From contig JALSOH010000009.1 in NCBI GenBank assembly GCA_026986575.1, forward strand, positions 203,444 through 267,443: a stretch of 64,000 bases of DNA, written 5' to 3'. Source of the DNA: Thermoproteota archaeon (GTDB lineage: Archaea; Korarchaeota; Korarchaeia; Korarchaeales; Korarchaeaceae). Shown here piece after piece: positions 47,565 to 56,866 of the stretch. Made by a program: the position numbers and the translations under genes. How positions within the stretch are numbered: the first letter of the stretch is position 1; the number at the start of each line of letters is the position of its first letter. The notes under the pieces were generated by a model, which did not search any database, had not been told where the DNA came from, and worked only from the letters and a program-made list of their open reading frames with translations.

Positions 47565-49193
47565 TTGAGGAGTTTACTGCCAATAGCCCTGATGATGGTT
47601 TTCCTCGTCCCACTAGTACTGGCGGCACCTTCGCCTGACACCTACTACGTGGCTCCTTGGGGAGATGATAACAACCCAGGAACGAGAGACAGACCCTGGA
47701 AGAGTCCCGGACTAGCCACTAGGAGGATGAAGCCCGGAGACACGCTGATAATACTAGAGGGGAAGTACATCCTGAGCGAGTACGATGCCGATATACTCAT
47801 GCCACCATCGGGAAGGGAAGGCGCTTGGACCCTGATCCGGGGTGAGGGAAGCAGGAAACCCGTGCTGGCGGGCAGGAACAACCTGTTGACTGCTATAGAT
47901 ATATCGGGAAGGAGCTATATCAGGATCGAGAACTTGGAGATCACCAGCGATGATGGTGCCCAGTTCAGGGATGGAATCGAGGCCCTCGGAGGGCCAGTGA
48001 GCCATGTCGTGCTGAAGGACCTGTACATCCATCACATTGATGAGATGGGCATAAACATGGCGGATGTGGAGGACCTGAAAATAATCAACTGTTCGATCAC
48101 CTACTGCGGCTTTGGATCCATAGGGGGGCCAAAAGGGGAGCATGGTGGATGGAGGAATGTCCTCATCCAAGATTGTTACTTGGCCTACGCGGGACACTAC
48201 TATCAGGGGGGACCTGGACCATCTCCGTATGATAGGCCGGACGGCTTCGGCATTGAACCCTCCTCCGGTCCCATCGAGATAGCCAGAACCATTGTGGAGC
48301 ACAATAGAGGAGATGGTCTCGACTCCAAGGCGGACAACACTTACATACACGAGTGCGTGGTGGCTAACAACTTCGCCGATGGGGTGAAGCTTTGGGGACC
48401 GGGTAGCAGGCTGGAGAACACCTTGATCTATGGGAGAGGGGATGGGAGCACCCAAGTGACTCCCTGGTCGCCCATCGTCGTGGCTTCTCAAAGACCGGGG
48501 AAGTTCGAGATCGTCGGAGTGACGGTGGACGACGAGGTCGGCGGGAACTACATCATGCACGTTCAGTACGATTACGACGTGCCTATAGAGCTTACCGTGA
48601 AGAACACCATATTCAGCGGGAGAGGACCCAGCTCGCCAATATTCGTGAGGAAAGGGGTTAAATTCAAGTTCGATAGGTGCCTATTCTACTTCCCTAGGAG
48701 TGAATTCGTCCTGACGGTTGGGGAGGAGCAGTACAGCCCCGAGGATGTGCCCAAGCTGGGAAATAACTTTTGCGGAGATCCCATGTTCGTGAGGACCGGA
48801 TTCGGCGGGAATGGAGACTACCATCTGAGGAAAGGCAGTCCAGCCATAGATTCTGGCGTGGGAGTGCTTATCAGAGCGGATTTAGATGGGTGTCCTAGGC
48901 CTCAAGGTCAAGGGTATGATATAGGTGCATATGAGTCGGGAACATGCACCGATAGGGTAGTCACTAGCATCCCTCGTGAAGCTAGAGGTGATCAATCAAC
49001 CTCCAAGTCCACGGAATCCGAACCATACACAAATCCCCCTCATAAATACGAGAGAACTATTACTGTGATAGAGAAGATCCGCGAGGGGAGGGGGCTAACT
49101 ACTTATCTGCTGGATGCAATAGTGATACTTCTGTCCGCTCTGATAGTATTCATAATCTTAAAAATATCACTCAAATTCGCGCGCCGAATGTAG
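47565..49193 (+). CDS. Membrane-anchored right-handed parallel beta-helix protein (DUF1565-like N-terminus)
   Basis: YYVAPWGDDNNPGT..PWK, PGDTL, beta-helix repeats, DYHL..GSPAIDSG..DLDG..R...DIGAYE, C-terminal TM helix. Confidence 0.8.
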   Translation: MRSLLPIALMMVFLVPLVLAAPSPDTYYVAPWGDDNNPGTRDRPWKSPGLATRRMKPGDTLIILEGKYILSEYDADILMPPSGREGAWTLIRGEGSRKPVLAGRNNLLTAIDISGRSYIRIENLEITSDDGAQFRDGIEALGGPVSHVVLKDLYIHHIDEMGINMADVEDLKIINCSITYCGFGSIGGPKGEHGGWRNVLIQDCYLAYAGHYYQGGPGPSPYDRPDGFGIEPSSGPIEIARTIVEHNRGDGLDSKADNTYIHECVVANNFADGVKLWGPGSRLENTLIYGRGDGSTQVTPWSPIVVASQRPGKFEIVGVTVDDEVGGNYIMHVQYDYDVPIELTVKNTIFSGRGPSSPIFVRKGVKFKFDRCLFYFPRSEFVLTVGEEQYSPEDVPKLGNNFCGDPMFVRTGFGGNGDYHLRKGSPAIDSGVGVLIRADLDGCPRPQGQGYDIGAYESGTCTDRVVTSIPREARGDQSTSKSTESEPYTNPPHKYERTITVIEKIREGRGLTTYLLDAIVILLSALIVFIILKISLKFARRM

Positions 49194-49457
49194 GTGGACA
49201 TCACGATCTTAGAAGCTAACTTAACGGCCCCTTAGAACCGAGGTAGCATCCTCACGCGAACACTGTAATGAGCTTGGAGGCATTACCAACCGCATCTCAC
49301 GATTTTCCAGATGCGAATTGGATAGGCTAAACTCACACTTCCCCTCTTAATATTGTGAGTATTATGAGATTAGCGAGCTTCTGAGCCAAGGTACACGGTG
49401 CCTCGTAGCTACTTTGGGCAGTTGCCATCCTATCCTGGTACATTTAAATAAAGTTAA

Positions 49458-49487
49458 ATATTTATATATATTAATATATATAAATAT
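49458..49487. promoter_or_regulatory. Perfect 30-bp A/T-only palindrome in AT-rich intergenic tract
   Basis: ATATTTATATATATTAATATATATAAATAT is its own reverse complement. Confidence 0.6.
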
Positions 49488-49615
49488 AACTATAATAATT
49501 TACCTATCACTTCGTAAAAAATTCGGGTTAAATGATTACTATATTCTTAGATCTGTTTAATCGTAATCTTTTTAATTTTTACATTTGCTATACCGATCCT
49601 ACGGGTGATGGTAGC

Positions 49616-50638
49616 TTGGTTACTAGGAGGGAGTTCCTCAAGGGAGCCTCAGTTGTTGTGCTGGGAAGCATCGTAGGCAATGCTGTCGGGGAAGTAGTTC
49701 CGGTGTTGGCTGAAGAGAAAAAGGAGGTCCCTCATCTTCCTTGGCCGTATGAGGAGTTGGATCCGGAGTACGTAAGGAAACTCGGGCATCTAGGATACTA
49801 CGCCTTCGAATGCGCTGGCGGATCATATTGGGCCATAATGGAGGCACTCAGGGAGAAGATAGGCTTCCCATATACCTTACTTCCCATACCGACGAAGGAG
49901 GAAGTCGAAGCCGCTGTGGAGAAACATGAGGAACTGCATCAGATACCCATGCAGTATGGAGCAGGAGGTGTCGCTGGTTGGGCATCCCTCTGCGGAGGGT
50001 TAAATGGCTCCATTTCTGCTATAACAATGGCCTCCAAGAACTACAAGACTATAGCCAAAATGCTCCTTAGATGGTATGAGATAACTCCTTTTCCCAGCGA
50101 TAAGAGCAACGAGTATGCGAGCAAGCACGAGTTCTTCGTTAAGAAGTACAAGAGCGACAAGGTGTTACCCCAGAGCGTAAGTCACTCGGTTCTGTGCCAT
50201 GTCTCGGTAGGTAAATGGTGCGAGGTCTCGGGGTATGCCAGTGGATCCCCAGAGAGATCAGAGAGATGTGCGAGATTAACTGGAGATTCGGCTGCTAGAG
50301 CCGTTGAATTGTTGAACGCCGACCTAAGGGGAGAATTGAAGAGTGTAGGAACTATCCCGCTATCTCAATTTACTGCGGACTGCAGGACCTGCCACTACAA
50401 AGGTAAGAACTACGAGGGAGGCCAGTTCACGAGGGGCCTAATGCAGTGTGAGTCGTGCCACCAAGACATGAGGCCTCACGCTAGCACGGTACTCCGACTC
50501 TCGCCTCAAGGCCTTAGCACAGATCCTGAAGATAAAGGCAGGCTGGACACATTACTTGGCGGAGCTGGTCTAGCCGCAGCTGCCGGTGTCGTGGGAGGTA
50601 TATGGTCCTACTCCAAGTCAAAGTCCGAGAAGGACTGA
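49616..50638 (+). CDS. Tat-exported split-Soret-type (C-GCAxxG-C-C family) cytochrome c with two extra CxxCH motifs and C-terminal anchor
   Basis: GGTGATG RBS then TTG; TRREFLK Tat motif; LPWPY..LDP, YGAGG..GW..LCG, LCHVS..WC, RCAR; CRTCH and CESCH. Confidence 0.8.
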   Translation: MVTRREFLKGASVVVLGSIVGNAVGEVVPVLAEEKKEVPHLPWPYEELDPEYVRKLGHLGYYAFECAGGSYWAIMEALREKIGFPYTLLPIPTKEEVEAAVEKHEELHQIPMQYGAGGVAGWASLCGGLNGSISAITMASKNYKTIAKMLLRWYEITPFPSDKSNEYASKHEFFVKKYKSDKVLPQSVSHSVLCHVSVGKWCEVSGYASGSPERSERCARLTGDSAARAVELLNADLRGELKSVGTIPLSQFTADCRTCHYKGKNYEGGQFTRGLMQCESCHQDMRPHASTVLRLSPQGLSTDPEDKGRLDTLLGGAGLAAAAGVVGGIWSYSKSKSEKD

Positions 50639-50652
50639 GCAAAAGGGGGTGA

Positions 50653-51660
50653 ATGGGGCTCTTGTCCGAGAAGTCCTCCATTCCAAGGCTCGTGGGCAGC
50701 ATAATTTCCACGGCCATCGTGGTGAGCTTAGGGTGGTTGCTCGTATACCATTACGCCATAAAGTCCCTCATAGCTAGGGGAGCTGGGATCACTGAGATAC
50801 TCCTCTCAGTGAACCTAAGTAGTGCTGCTTGGTGGAGGGATTTCATAGCAGTTGCTTTCGATGTACTCATCCTGATAATTGCTTTCTTCGGTACATGGTG
50901 GGTTTTAGGGCATTTGGCCTTAGAGGCTGCCGAGGCGGGGAAGTGGAGAAAGTATTACAAGAGCGCTGAGGCAAAGGACGATGTGTGGGTGGAAAGGCTC
51001 AGCCTCTGGCAGCGGATCCAGCACATATGGATAATGCTCACCTTCATAGCATGCGCTTACACCGGACTCGCACTTAACCTAAAGCTTTACACTACTAGGG
51101 CTGATTTCCTAGTTATTCATGTCTACTCTGGATTCGCCATGGGAGTCCTAGTAATCATACACTTTCTCCAGTACCTAATTGATGCCATACTGTCTAAGGC
51201 CGCAGGCCAGAGTCTTAGGAGGAAGTACCCTATGTTAGAATTCTACAGTCTGAGGTTCGTAAGAAACTTCTTCAAGGCCCTAGTCCGCACGATCTCTTCA
51301 AAGGTAAAGCCAGATCCATATGGCAAATACGATCCCGAGCAACTATTCGAGTACTGGGGAGTTTACTGGGGTATGGTCGTGCTCGGGATACCCGGAGTGA
51401 TAATGGCGCTATACGGCCCCAATGTACTAGAGGGTCTGCTCTGGGTGATGCACACCAAGGAGGCAATCTTGGCAATAATGTTTATACTAGTAGTCCATAT
51501 GGGCTATACACACCTCAGACCAAAGGTGTTTCCCATGGATTCAACTTACTTGAGTGGTAAGATGCCGATGAAGAGAATAAAGGAAGAACATCCACTTTGG
51601 GCTGAAGAGCTGTTGAGGAGAGGAAAGAACAAGGAGAAAGCTTTAGCTGTGATAAGATAA
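50653..51660 (+). CDS. Membrane cytochrome b subunit (FdnI/hydrogenase cytochrome b-like)
   Basis: R..QRIQH, IH, GKYDP.Q, MHTKEAILA...VHM...H, GKMP...EEHPLW. Confidence 0.8.
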   Translation: MGLLSEKSSIPRLVGSIISTAIVVSLGWLLVYHYAIKSLIARGAGITEILLSVNLSSAAWWRDFIAVAFDVLILIIAFFGTWWVLGHLALEAAEAGKWRKYYKSAEAKDDVWVERLSLWQRIQHIWIMLTFIACAYTGLALNLKLYTTRADFLVIHVYSGFAMGVLVIIHFLQYLIDAILSKAAGQSLRRKYPMLEFYSLRFVRNFFKALVRTISSKVKPDPYGKYDPEQLFEYWGVYWGMVVLGIPGVIMALYGPNVLEGLLWVMHTKEAILAIMFILVVHMGYTHLRPKVFPMDSTYLSGKMPMKRIKEEHPLWAEELLRRGKNKEKALAVIR

Positions 51661-52004
51661 TTTTGCAATACTTTTTCTTATTATATCTAGTTCCTAATAG
51701 ATCTGTGGTTGTTGGTCGCCGCCCATGCAGGCTGCGTGGCAAGGGTCAAGGCTTCACAGTCTTCATAGGAGAGGAGCCAATAAGGTAAGAAGCAGAGTAA
51801 ATAGGGCAAGGTGTGTGGAACAGGCCTTTACTTCTTTAATCTTTGTGACTATCTGACCCTTAACTAGAGATTTTTCTGAAATATACTGCACAAATATAAA
51901 TCGAGATCACGCTGAGCTAAGGAATCTGGGAATAGTCTAAGAGCTCTCGGGCACTTGATTGCCTAAAGGTTAAATTAAATTAATTCATAGATATTTGAGT
52001 TTAG

Positions 52005-53180
52005 ATGCGGATAACTAAACCCCTTTCCACCCTCCTGATAGCCATAGCGATTGTGCCCTTAGCTTGGGCTGCCGCTGCCCCTCTGAGGAGCTCCTGCCAA
52101 TGTCGAATGACCATCGATAGCGAGATCATCGTCGCTACCATCTCCCCTAGGTTCGTCCTAGAGGTGAGGTATCCGGATGGGGGCTCCACCCTCTACGAGG
52201 GGAATAGGATCCCCTCGACTTTGACCGTTGACTTGGGAACGCGAGTCGAGCTGAGGTTCATGGCAAGGGTCAAAGAGCCGGGGACCTACTCCGTGAGCGC
52301 GGAATCCTACTCCCTAATCGATACCTCCGGAATGGATGCGAGTACTGGGGCTAGTTGCGAAGCCAATAATCGGACGGGCAATGTAGACGCACGCGCTTTC
52401 TCCATAGCCCGTGACTACGTGAGGGGGCTCGGTTTCAGGCTAGAGGTTTCCTATCGAGCATCCCTAAGGGATGGATCTTCCCGCAACATGCACAAGGCCG
52501 TCACGGTGTGGGTGAGAGCTCCAACCTCATCGACCCAATCGGGGACCCTCGCAACCCTCACAGTGGTATCGCCGGGAAGCTCCACTCAATCAGCTGGGAC
52601 CTCAACATCCTCCTACACTCCTGGCACCGTTAAATGGATAACCAGCACTACGGAGTCGAGGGAACTCTCTGTAACCCCCTCGAAGCTCGACGTTGATGCG
52701 GGAGATGTGGCCGGCTTCAAGCTATGCTCTTCCCTAGAATCCCCGAAGTTCAGGGTGGAGAATCTGCCAGCAGGCTACAGGTACCTGATCACCGAGGAGG
52801 GAGACTGCTACGCCCTGAAGATATTCACCCATCCCCTCTCCTACGGGAGGTTCAGCATAGGCGTGGTGGCCTACCAGGGGAATGTGGAGGAGAGATCATC
52901 CATATCTCTAGTGGTTGAAAGGGCTGAACCCAGCAGTTCACCTAGAGAGGGGGCAAACGGGTCGGTGACAACCAGAAACAGTGTGAGTCCTACACAAGAG
53001 GCCCAACAGACACACACTTCGTCATCTACAGAGTTCTCTCCCAGTGTCCTTACTGCCAACGTCACCTCGGTGGGGTATACTCAGCATGAGAAGGGCTATC
53101 CATTAAACGAGGTTCTCGGGATGCTAGCAGCAATACTGGGTCTGATCCTCATCCTCCTCCTCTTTAGGAGGAGGACCTGA
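52005..53180 (+). CDS. Membrane-anchored surface protein, paralog family (member B)
   Basis: Signal peptide; VDAGDVA..C...LPAGYRY..CYALKIFTHPLSYGR module; TM helix plus RRR. Confidence 0.8.
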   Translation: MRITKPLSTLLIAIAIVPLAWAAAAPLRSSCQCRMTIDSEIIVATISPRFVLEVRYPDGGSTLYEGNRIPSTLTVDLGTRVELRFMARVKEPGTYSVSAESYSLIDTSGMDASTGASCEANNRTGNVDARAFSIARDYVRGLGFRLEVSYRASLRDGSSRNMHKAVTVWVRAPTSSTQSGTLATLTVVSPGSSTQSAGTSTSSYTPGTVKWITSTTESRELSVTPSKLDVDAGDVAGFKLCSSLESPKFRVENLPAGYRYLITEEGDCYALKIFTHPLSYGRFSIGVVAYQGNVEERSSISLVVERAEPSSSPREGANGSVTTRNSVSPTQEAQQTHTSSSTEFSPSVLTANVTSVGYTQHEKGYPLNEVLGMLAAILGLILILLLFRRRT

Positions 53181-53332
53181 TTCTTTACTCGATGCTAAAC
53201 GCTGGATCTAAATGGATTAAGGCTTGGGCTTCAGGCATCCAGAGCCAATCATCAGAGCAGACTCTCTTTTCACTTTAGATCTCTAGATAGAGCTTCTACA
53301 GATGGAACCTCCTAGCTTCTCTCGAGAGATAA

Positions 53333-53350
53333 CAGGCGGCATGTCGCCTG
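53333..53350. terminator. GC-rich hairpin between convergent genes
   Basis: CAGGCGGCATGTCGCCTG near-perfect inverted repeat. Confidence 0.3.
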
Positions 53351-53407
53351 CTTAAACGGTGGCTTACTATCACGGGCAACTACGCGCGTGTCGGCACCCT
53401 AGATAAC

Positions 53408-54547
53408 TCACTGACCAGCTTTTACCTTTCTCCAGTAGATAATCGCCAATAATATACCGATCGCAAGTAGAAGGAGCCATTCCCGAGCTATTTCAATCCC
53501 TGCAAGGGAGGATGTGCTCGTAGATGTCTCCGTTGTGAATATTTCCGGCTCAGAACCTGAAGTCGTTCTGATCACCGTCGCGCTAGTGGCTCTTTCTCCA
53601 GTCTCCCCTCTAGCTGTCGTTTCCTTAGGAGTAAGGGTGAACCTCGCGGGAAGGGGGCCGTGCGGATAATACACCTCCAGATCCCTCAGCTCGCCCAGCC
53701 CGCACACGAAGGTCTTTACATCGGTCGTGAGGAGATCTACACGGTAAATGCAACCCTTGCTAGTTGAGGCGTAGAGGTCACTGCCCACCACAGCTAAGCC
53801 GACGATTCCATCTCCACTCGGCACCGAGGCCAGCGGGATTATTTCACCTCCCTCCTTAAAGGCATATATCATGTTGCGCGAGGCGACAAAGTAGTAGCCC
53901 GAACCGTAGGCCATAGCATTTAGTGTCAGCTCCCCTACATGCTCGAAGTCCTTCAGGACGCTAACCCCATAATCCGTGAGATCTATCTTCAGGATCTTCC
54001 CGCGTCCATCGCTCATTACGATGAGGCTTCCACCCACCACCAGGGCCTCCATGGATTGAAAACGGGAATCGTGTTGGGAGAGCAGTTTAATCGTCGTTAT
54101 CAAGCTTCCTCGTTGCTCCTGCCTGTGGATGTAGACCCTGTCATTGTAGCCATCGAGCACCGCGATTCTCCCTCCTGGTAAGATTTCTATGGCACTAGGC
54201 GTTATGAGGTTTCCCAGCTCCCTGTCAATGGCTGGAAATAGGAACCTTTCCACCACCTCGCCATTGCTGATCCTTCTTTTGTATACGACGATGTATTTCC
54301 TTTTACTCTTATTTTTGTAGTATTGAATGGCCTCAACGGTGTAGACCTTATCTCCTAGAACCTCCAACCCGGAGTTATATAAGAAACCCTTCAATCTCTC
54401 AACATTTCCACTGGGATAGACCTTGACGAGTTCCCCCTCCCTGTTCACTGAAAGGAGAATGAAGTCGGGCTCACCTATAACTAACTTGAGAGAGATAGGG
54501 GTGAGAAGGATCGTCAAGAGGACTATAATGAGGACCGCCGCCCTCAC
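53408..54547 (-). CDS. Membrane-anchored beta-propeller protein (paralog of 5359..6501)
   Basis: LPGGRIAVLDGYNDRVYI and YGVSVLKD match the 5359 protein; Thr-rich stalk; C-terminal TM helix. Confidence 0.75.
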   Translation of the reverse strand: MRAAVLIIVLLTILLTPISLKLVIGEPDFILLSVNREGELVKVYPSGNVERLKGFLYNSGLEVLGDKVYTVEAIQYYKNKSKRKYIVVYKRRISNGEVVERFLFPAIDRELGNLITPSAIEILPGGRIAVLDGYNDRVYIHRQEQRGSLITTIKLLSQHDSRFQSMEALVVGGSLIVMSDGRGKILKIDLTDYGVSVLKDFEHVGELTLNAMAYGSGYYFVASRNMIYAFKEGGEIIPLASVPSGDGIVGLAVVGSDLYASTSKGCIYRVDLLTTDVKTFVCGLGELRDLEVYYPHGPLPARFTLTPKETTARGETGERATSATVIRTTSGSEPEIFTTETSTSTSSLAGIEIAREWLLLLAIGILLAIIYWRKVKAGQ

Positions 54548-54865
54548 CCAGACCTCACTAGTCCTTTATTTAACTGATATTTTAAAAAATTATCTCGAAT
54601 GACTGTGACCACTTGTCTCCGTGAGAACAGTAATGATGTTCGAGAGATCCATTGAAGGCATAGCTCTCTTTCAGAGCCTTTCAATGCTCTACACCGTGTA
54701 GTGCCCTACCGACCAGAGAGTCATGTGAAGAGACATATAGGTAGGAGACATTATCGCACTCGCATAATATTGGAATCTCACAGATCCACACGCAGGATTT
54801 TTGAAACGGGAGAGTCACCAAGCCTAGGGGCCTCGACTCCTCACAGGCTAGCGTATAACGTGATA

Positions 54866-54891
54866 TTTACTTTTATTAAGGTCAAATTTAA
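54866..54891 (+). promoter_or_regulatory. Conserved upstream/TATA element (copy 2)
   Basis: TTTACTTTTATTAAGGTCAAATTTAA, ~56 nt before ATGCGTTC. Confidence 0.55.
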
Positions 54892-54915
54892 TAAATTCTC
54901 CCTCGTAATTAACGG

Positions 54916-56121
54916 ATGGATATGCGTTCTATCACGTTTTTTCTACTACTCCTCCTCGTCGTCCCCCTTCTGCCAGCCTCCGCTTTCCGTCCTTATGTTG
55001 CTAGCGAGGGCAGGTTTCATTTAGACGAGGACTTACCGGGTGTGATTCCTTTCGGACCTGTGTACACTCTCTACATCCGCCCTGAAGATGGACCGTCTCA
55101 GGAATACCATGGAAATGACATACCCTCCTCGGTGGAGGTCTCTCCGGGTACCATAGTCCAGCTAGTCCTCACGATGCGAGTGAACAAGAAGGGGAATTAC
55201 AGTATCAGAAGTGAGGTCGAAGTGCTCACCGATCTCCCGAGTGGCGAAGCCAGAGATATAGTGGCTCCTGGAGGCTCCACCATCTCCGACAAGTCGAGCG
55301 GAGATGCCAAGGCCTCATCAGCGGTCAAAATTTTGAAGTATTATCCAGGTCTCAGGGTGAGGCTCCGCGTGACCTACAGCGAAAGGCATGGGGGTCAGGA
55401 AGAAGTGGGGGGAAAGAGCGTCATCGTGATCTGCAAGCCACCCATCATAATCCCACCTCCACCCCCTCAACCTACCAGTATGCCTCCATGGCTTTTCACC
55501 TCCGAGACCACCTCGACTTCCACCCGGACAAGTGGTTCGCACACCCGAACCTCCGAAAGTAACACCACATCCTCGCCAACTCAGATAGGTCTCTCCCTCA
55601 ATCCTACTTCCCAGGAGGTCGATGCCGGTAAAGTGGCGTCCTACGACTTCTGCACCTCCTTGAGTAACCCGACCTTCGGCGTGGAGGGACTTCCCACTGG
55701 CTACAGGTACGTCATATCCAAGGAGGGGAGCTGTTATAGGCTGAAGATCACGACGTACCCTCACTCTTACGGGAGGTTCGACATGACCCTCATTGTGAGG
55801 TCCGATGGGAATGAGGAGAGAGCTGGCTTCATCCTTATGGTGAAGAGGGCCACGGGCTCGAGCACTATCACGGGTGGCAGTGAGGAGTCGAAATCCCACG
55901 CGCCATCGAACTCGACTCCTTCTCTCGGTTTAGGGAATGGCACTCGAGCCAGTGAGCGCGTTTCAGCCTCGTCATTATTCTCACCCTCATCGCCACCTGC
56001 CACTGCGCCCGTTGTCACCGTTACCACAGTAGTGGAGGAGCCCAGCGTGGACTTCCTCCTAGGCGGACTGGCTGGCGTGCTGGCCTTGCTCGTGATAATC
56101 CTTCTTTTGAGGAGGAGGTAA
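54916..56121 (+). CDS. Membrane-anchored surface protein, paralog family (member C)
   Basis: MDMRSIT signal; poly-Pro linker; conserved module; VVTVTTVVEE followed by TM helix and RRR. Confidence 0.8.
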   Translation: MDMRSITFFLLLLLVVPLLPASAFRPYVASEGRFHLDEDLPGVIPFGPVYTLYIRPEDGPSQEYHGNDIPSSVEVSPGTIVQLVLTMRVNKKGNYSIRSEVEVLTDLPSGEARDIVAPGGSTISDKSSGDAKASSAVKILKYYPGLRVRLRVTYSERHGGQEEVGGKSVIVICKPPIIIPPPPPQPTSMPPWLFTSETTSTSTRTSGSHTRTSESNTTSSPTQIGLSLNPTSQEVDAGKVASYDFCTSLSNPTFGVEGLPTGYRYVISKEGSCYRLKITTYPHSYGRFDMTLIVRSDGNEERAGFILMVKRATGSSTITGGSEESKSHAPSNSTPSLGLGNGTRASERVSASSLFSPSSPPATAPVVTVTTVVEEPSVDFLLGGLAGVLALLVIILLLRRR

Positions 56122-56361
56122 CTCCACCCCCATCCTTTTTAGTAGCGTATATGGGTTAGGAAGCTCACCCGCTCCAAAAAGCTGCTTAGGATCGCTCTCG
56201 ATAGTCGCTATGCCCGCCAAGGGAATGGCGAGATCGCATGGTTGGACAGAGAGAAAACTGGGTCGATTGGAAGATCGCTCAGTGAAATAGCTAAAAAAGA
56301 TTCTAGGATGTCCGGAGAATGCAGTTGACTGACTCATATCCTTGAGAGTGCCAGTTCGAAA

Positions 56362-56760
56362 CTACCATGTGACCTCTATGCCCATGGCTCTCGCCACGTA
56401 GGAGAGATCTAAGTCGCCGGTTATCACCGGAGCGTCGATCTTCTTGGCAGCGTAGATGACAGAGGCATCCACCAAGCTGGGTTTTCGGCTGGATAACCTC
56501 GGATCATCCGAGGACGACAATATCTCGCCTCCCTCGGCCTTCACTACTGCCACCTCAACGTAGTCCCTGAGCGATAGATCCACCACCGTGAAAAAGGCGG
56601 AGAAGAAGGCCACGATCTCGTCGGGACTCTTCAACCCGGGCAGCCTGCCCCTCGACCAATGGACTACGAACTCGTAGGGGACGGTAGGGGAACCACCCCT
56701 TCCACCTCCCTCCTCCGGATGGCCATCATCAGCTTTTCAGCCTTCTCCGTGAGCTCGCCT
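56362..56760 (-). pseudogene. Frameshifted, 5'-truncated PIN-domain toxin
   Basis: GELTEKAEKLMMAIRRREVEGVV, then a frameshift near 56690, then PTVPYEFVVHW...SLVDASVIYAA...VITGD. The first-Asp strand and the antitoxin are absent. Confidence 0.65.
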
Positions 56761-56807
56761 ATCTCTAGGCGAAGCGTTCCAAGGGCTGTATGCTCTAACG
56801 AGCAGAA

Positions 56808-56833
56808 TTTACTTTCTTGAACAAAAATTTTAA
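56808..56833 (+). promoter_or_regulatory. Conserved upstream/TATA element (copy 3)
   Basis: TTTACTTTCTTGAACAAAAATTTTAA, ~59 nt before ATGCGTTC. Confidence 0.5.
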
Positions 56834-56866
56834 TTTAATGTAGTTGTTACATTCATCAGAGGAGGC

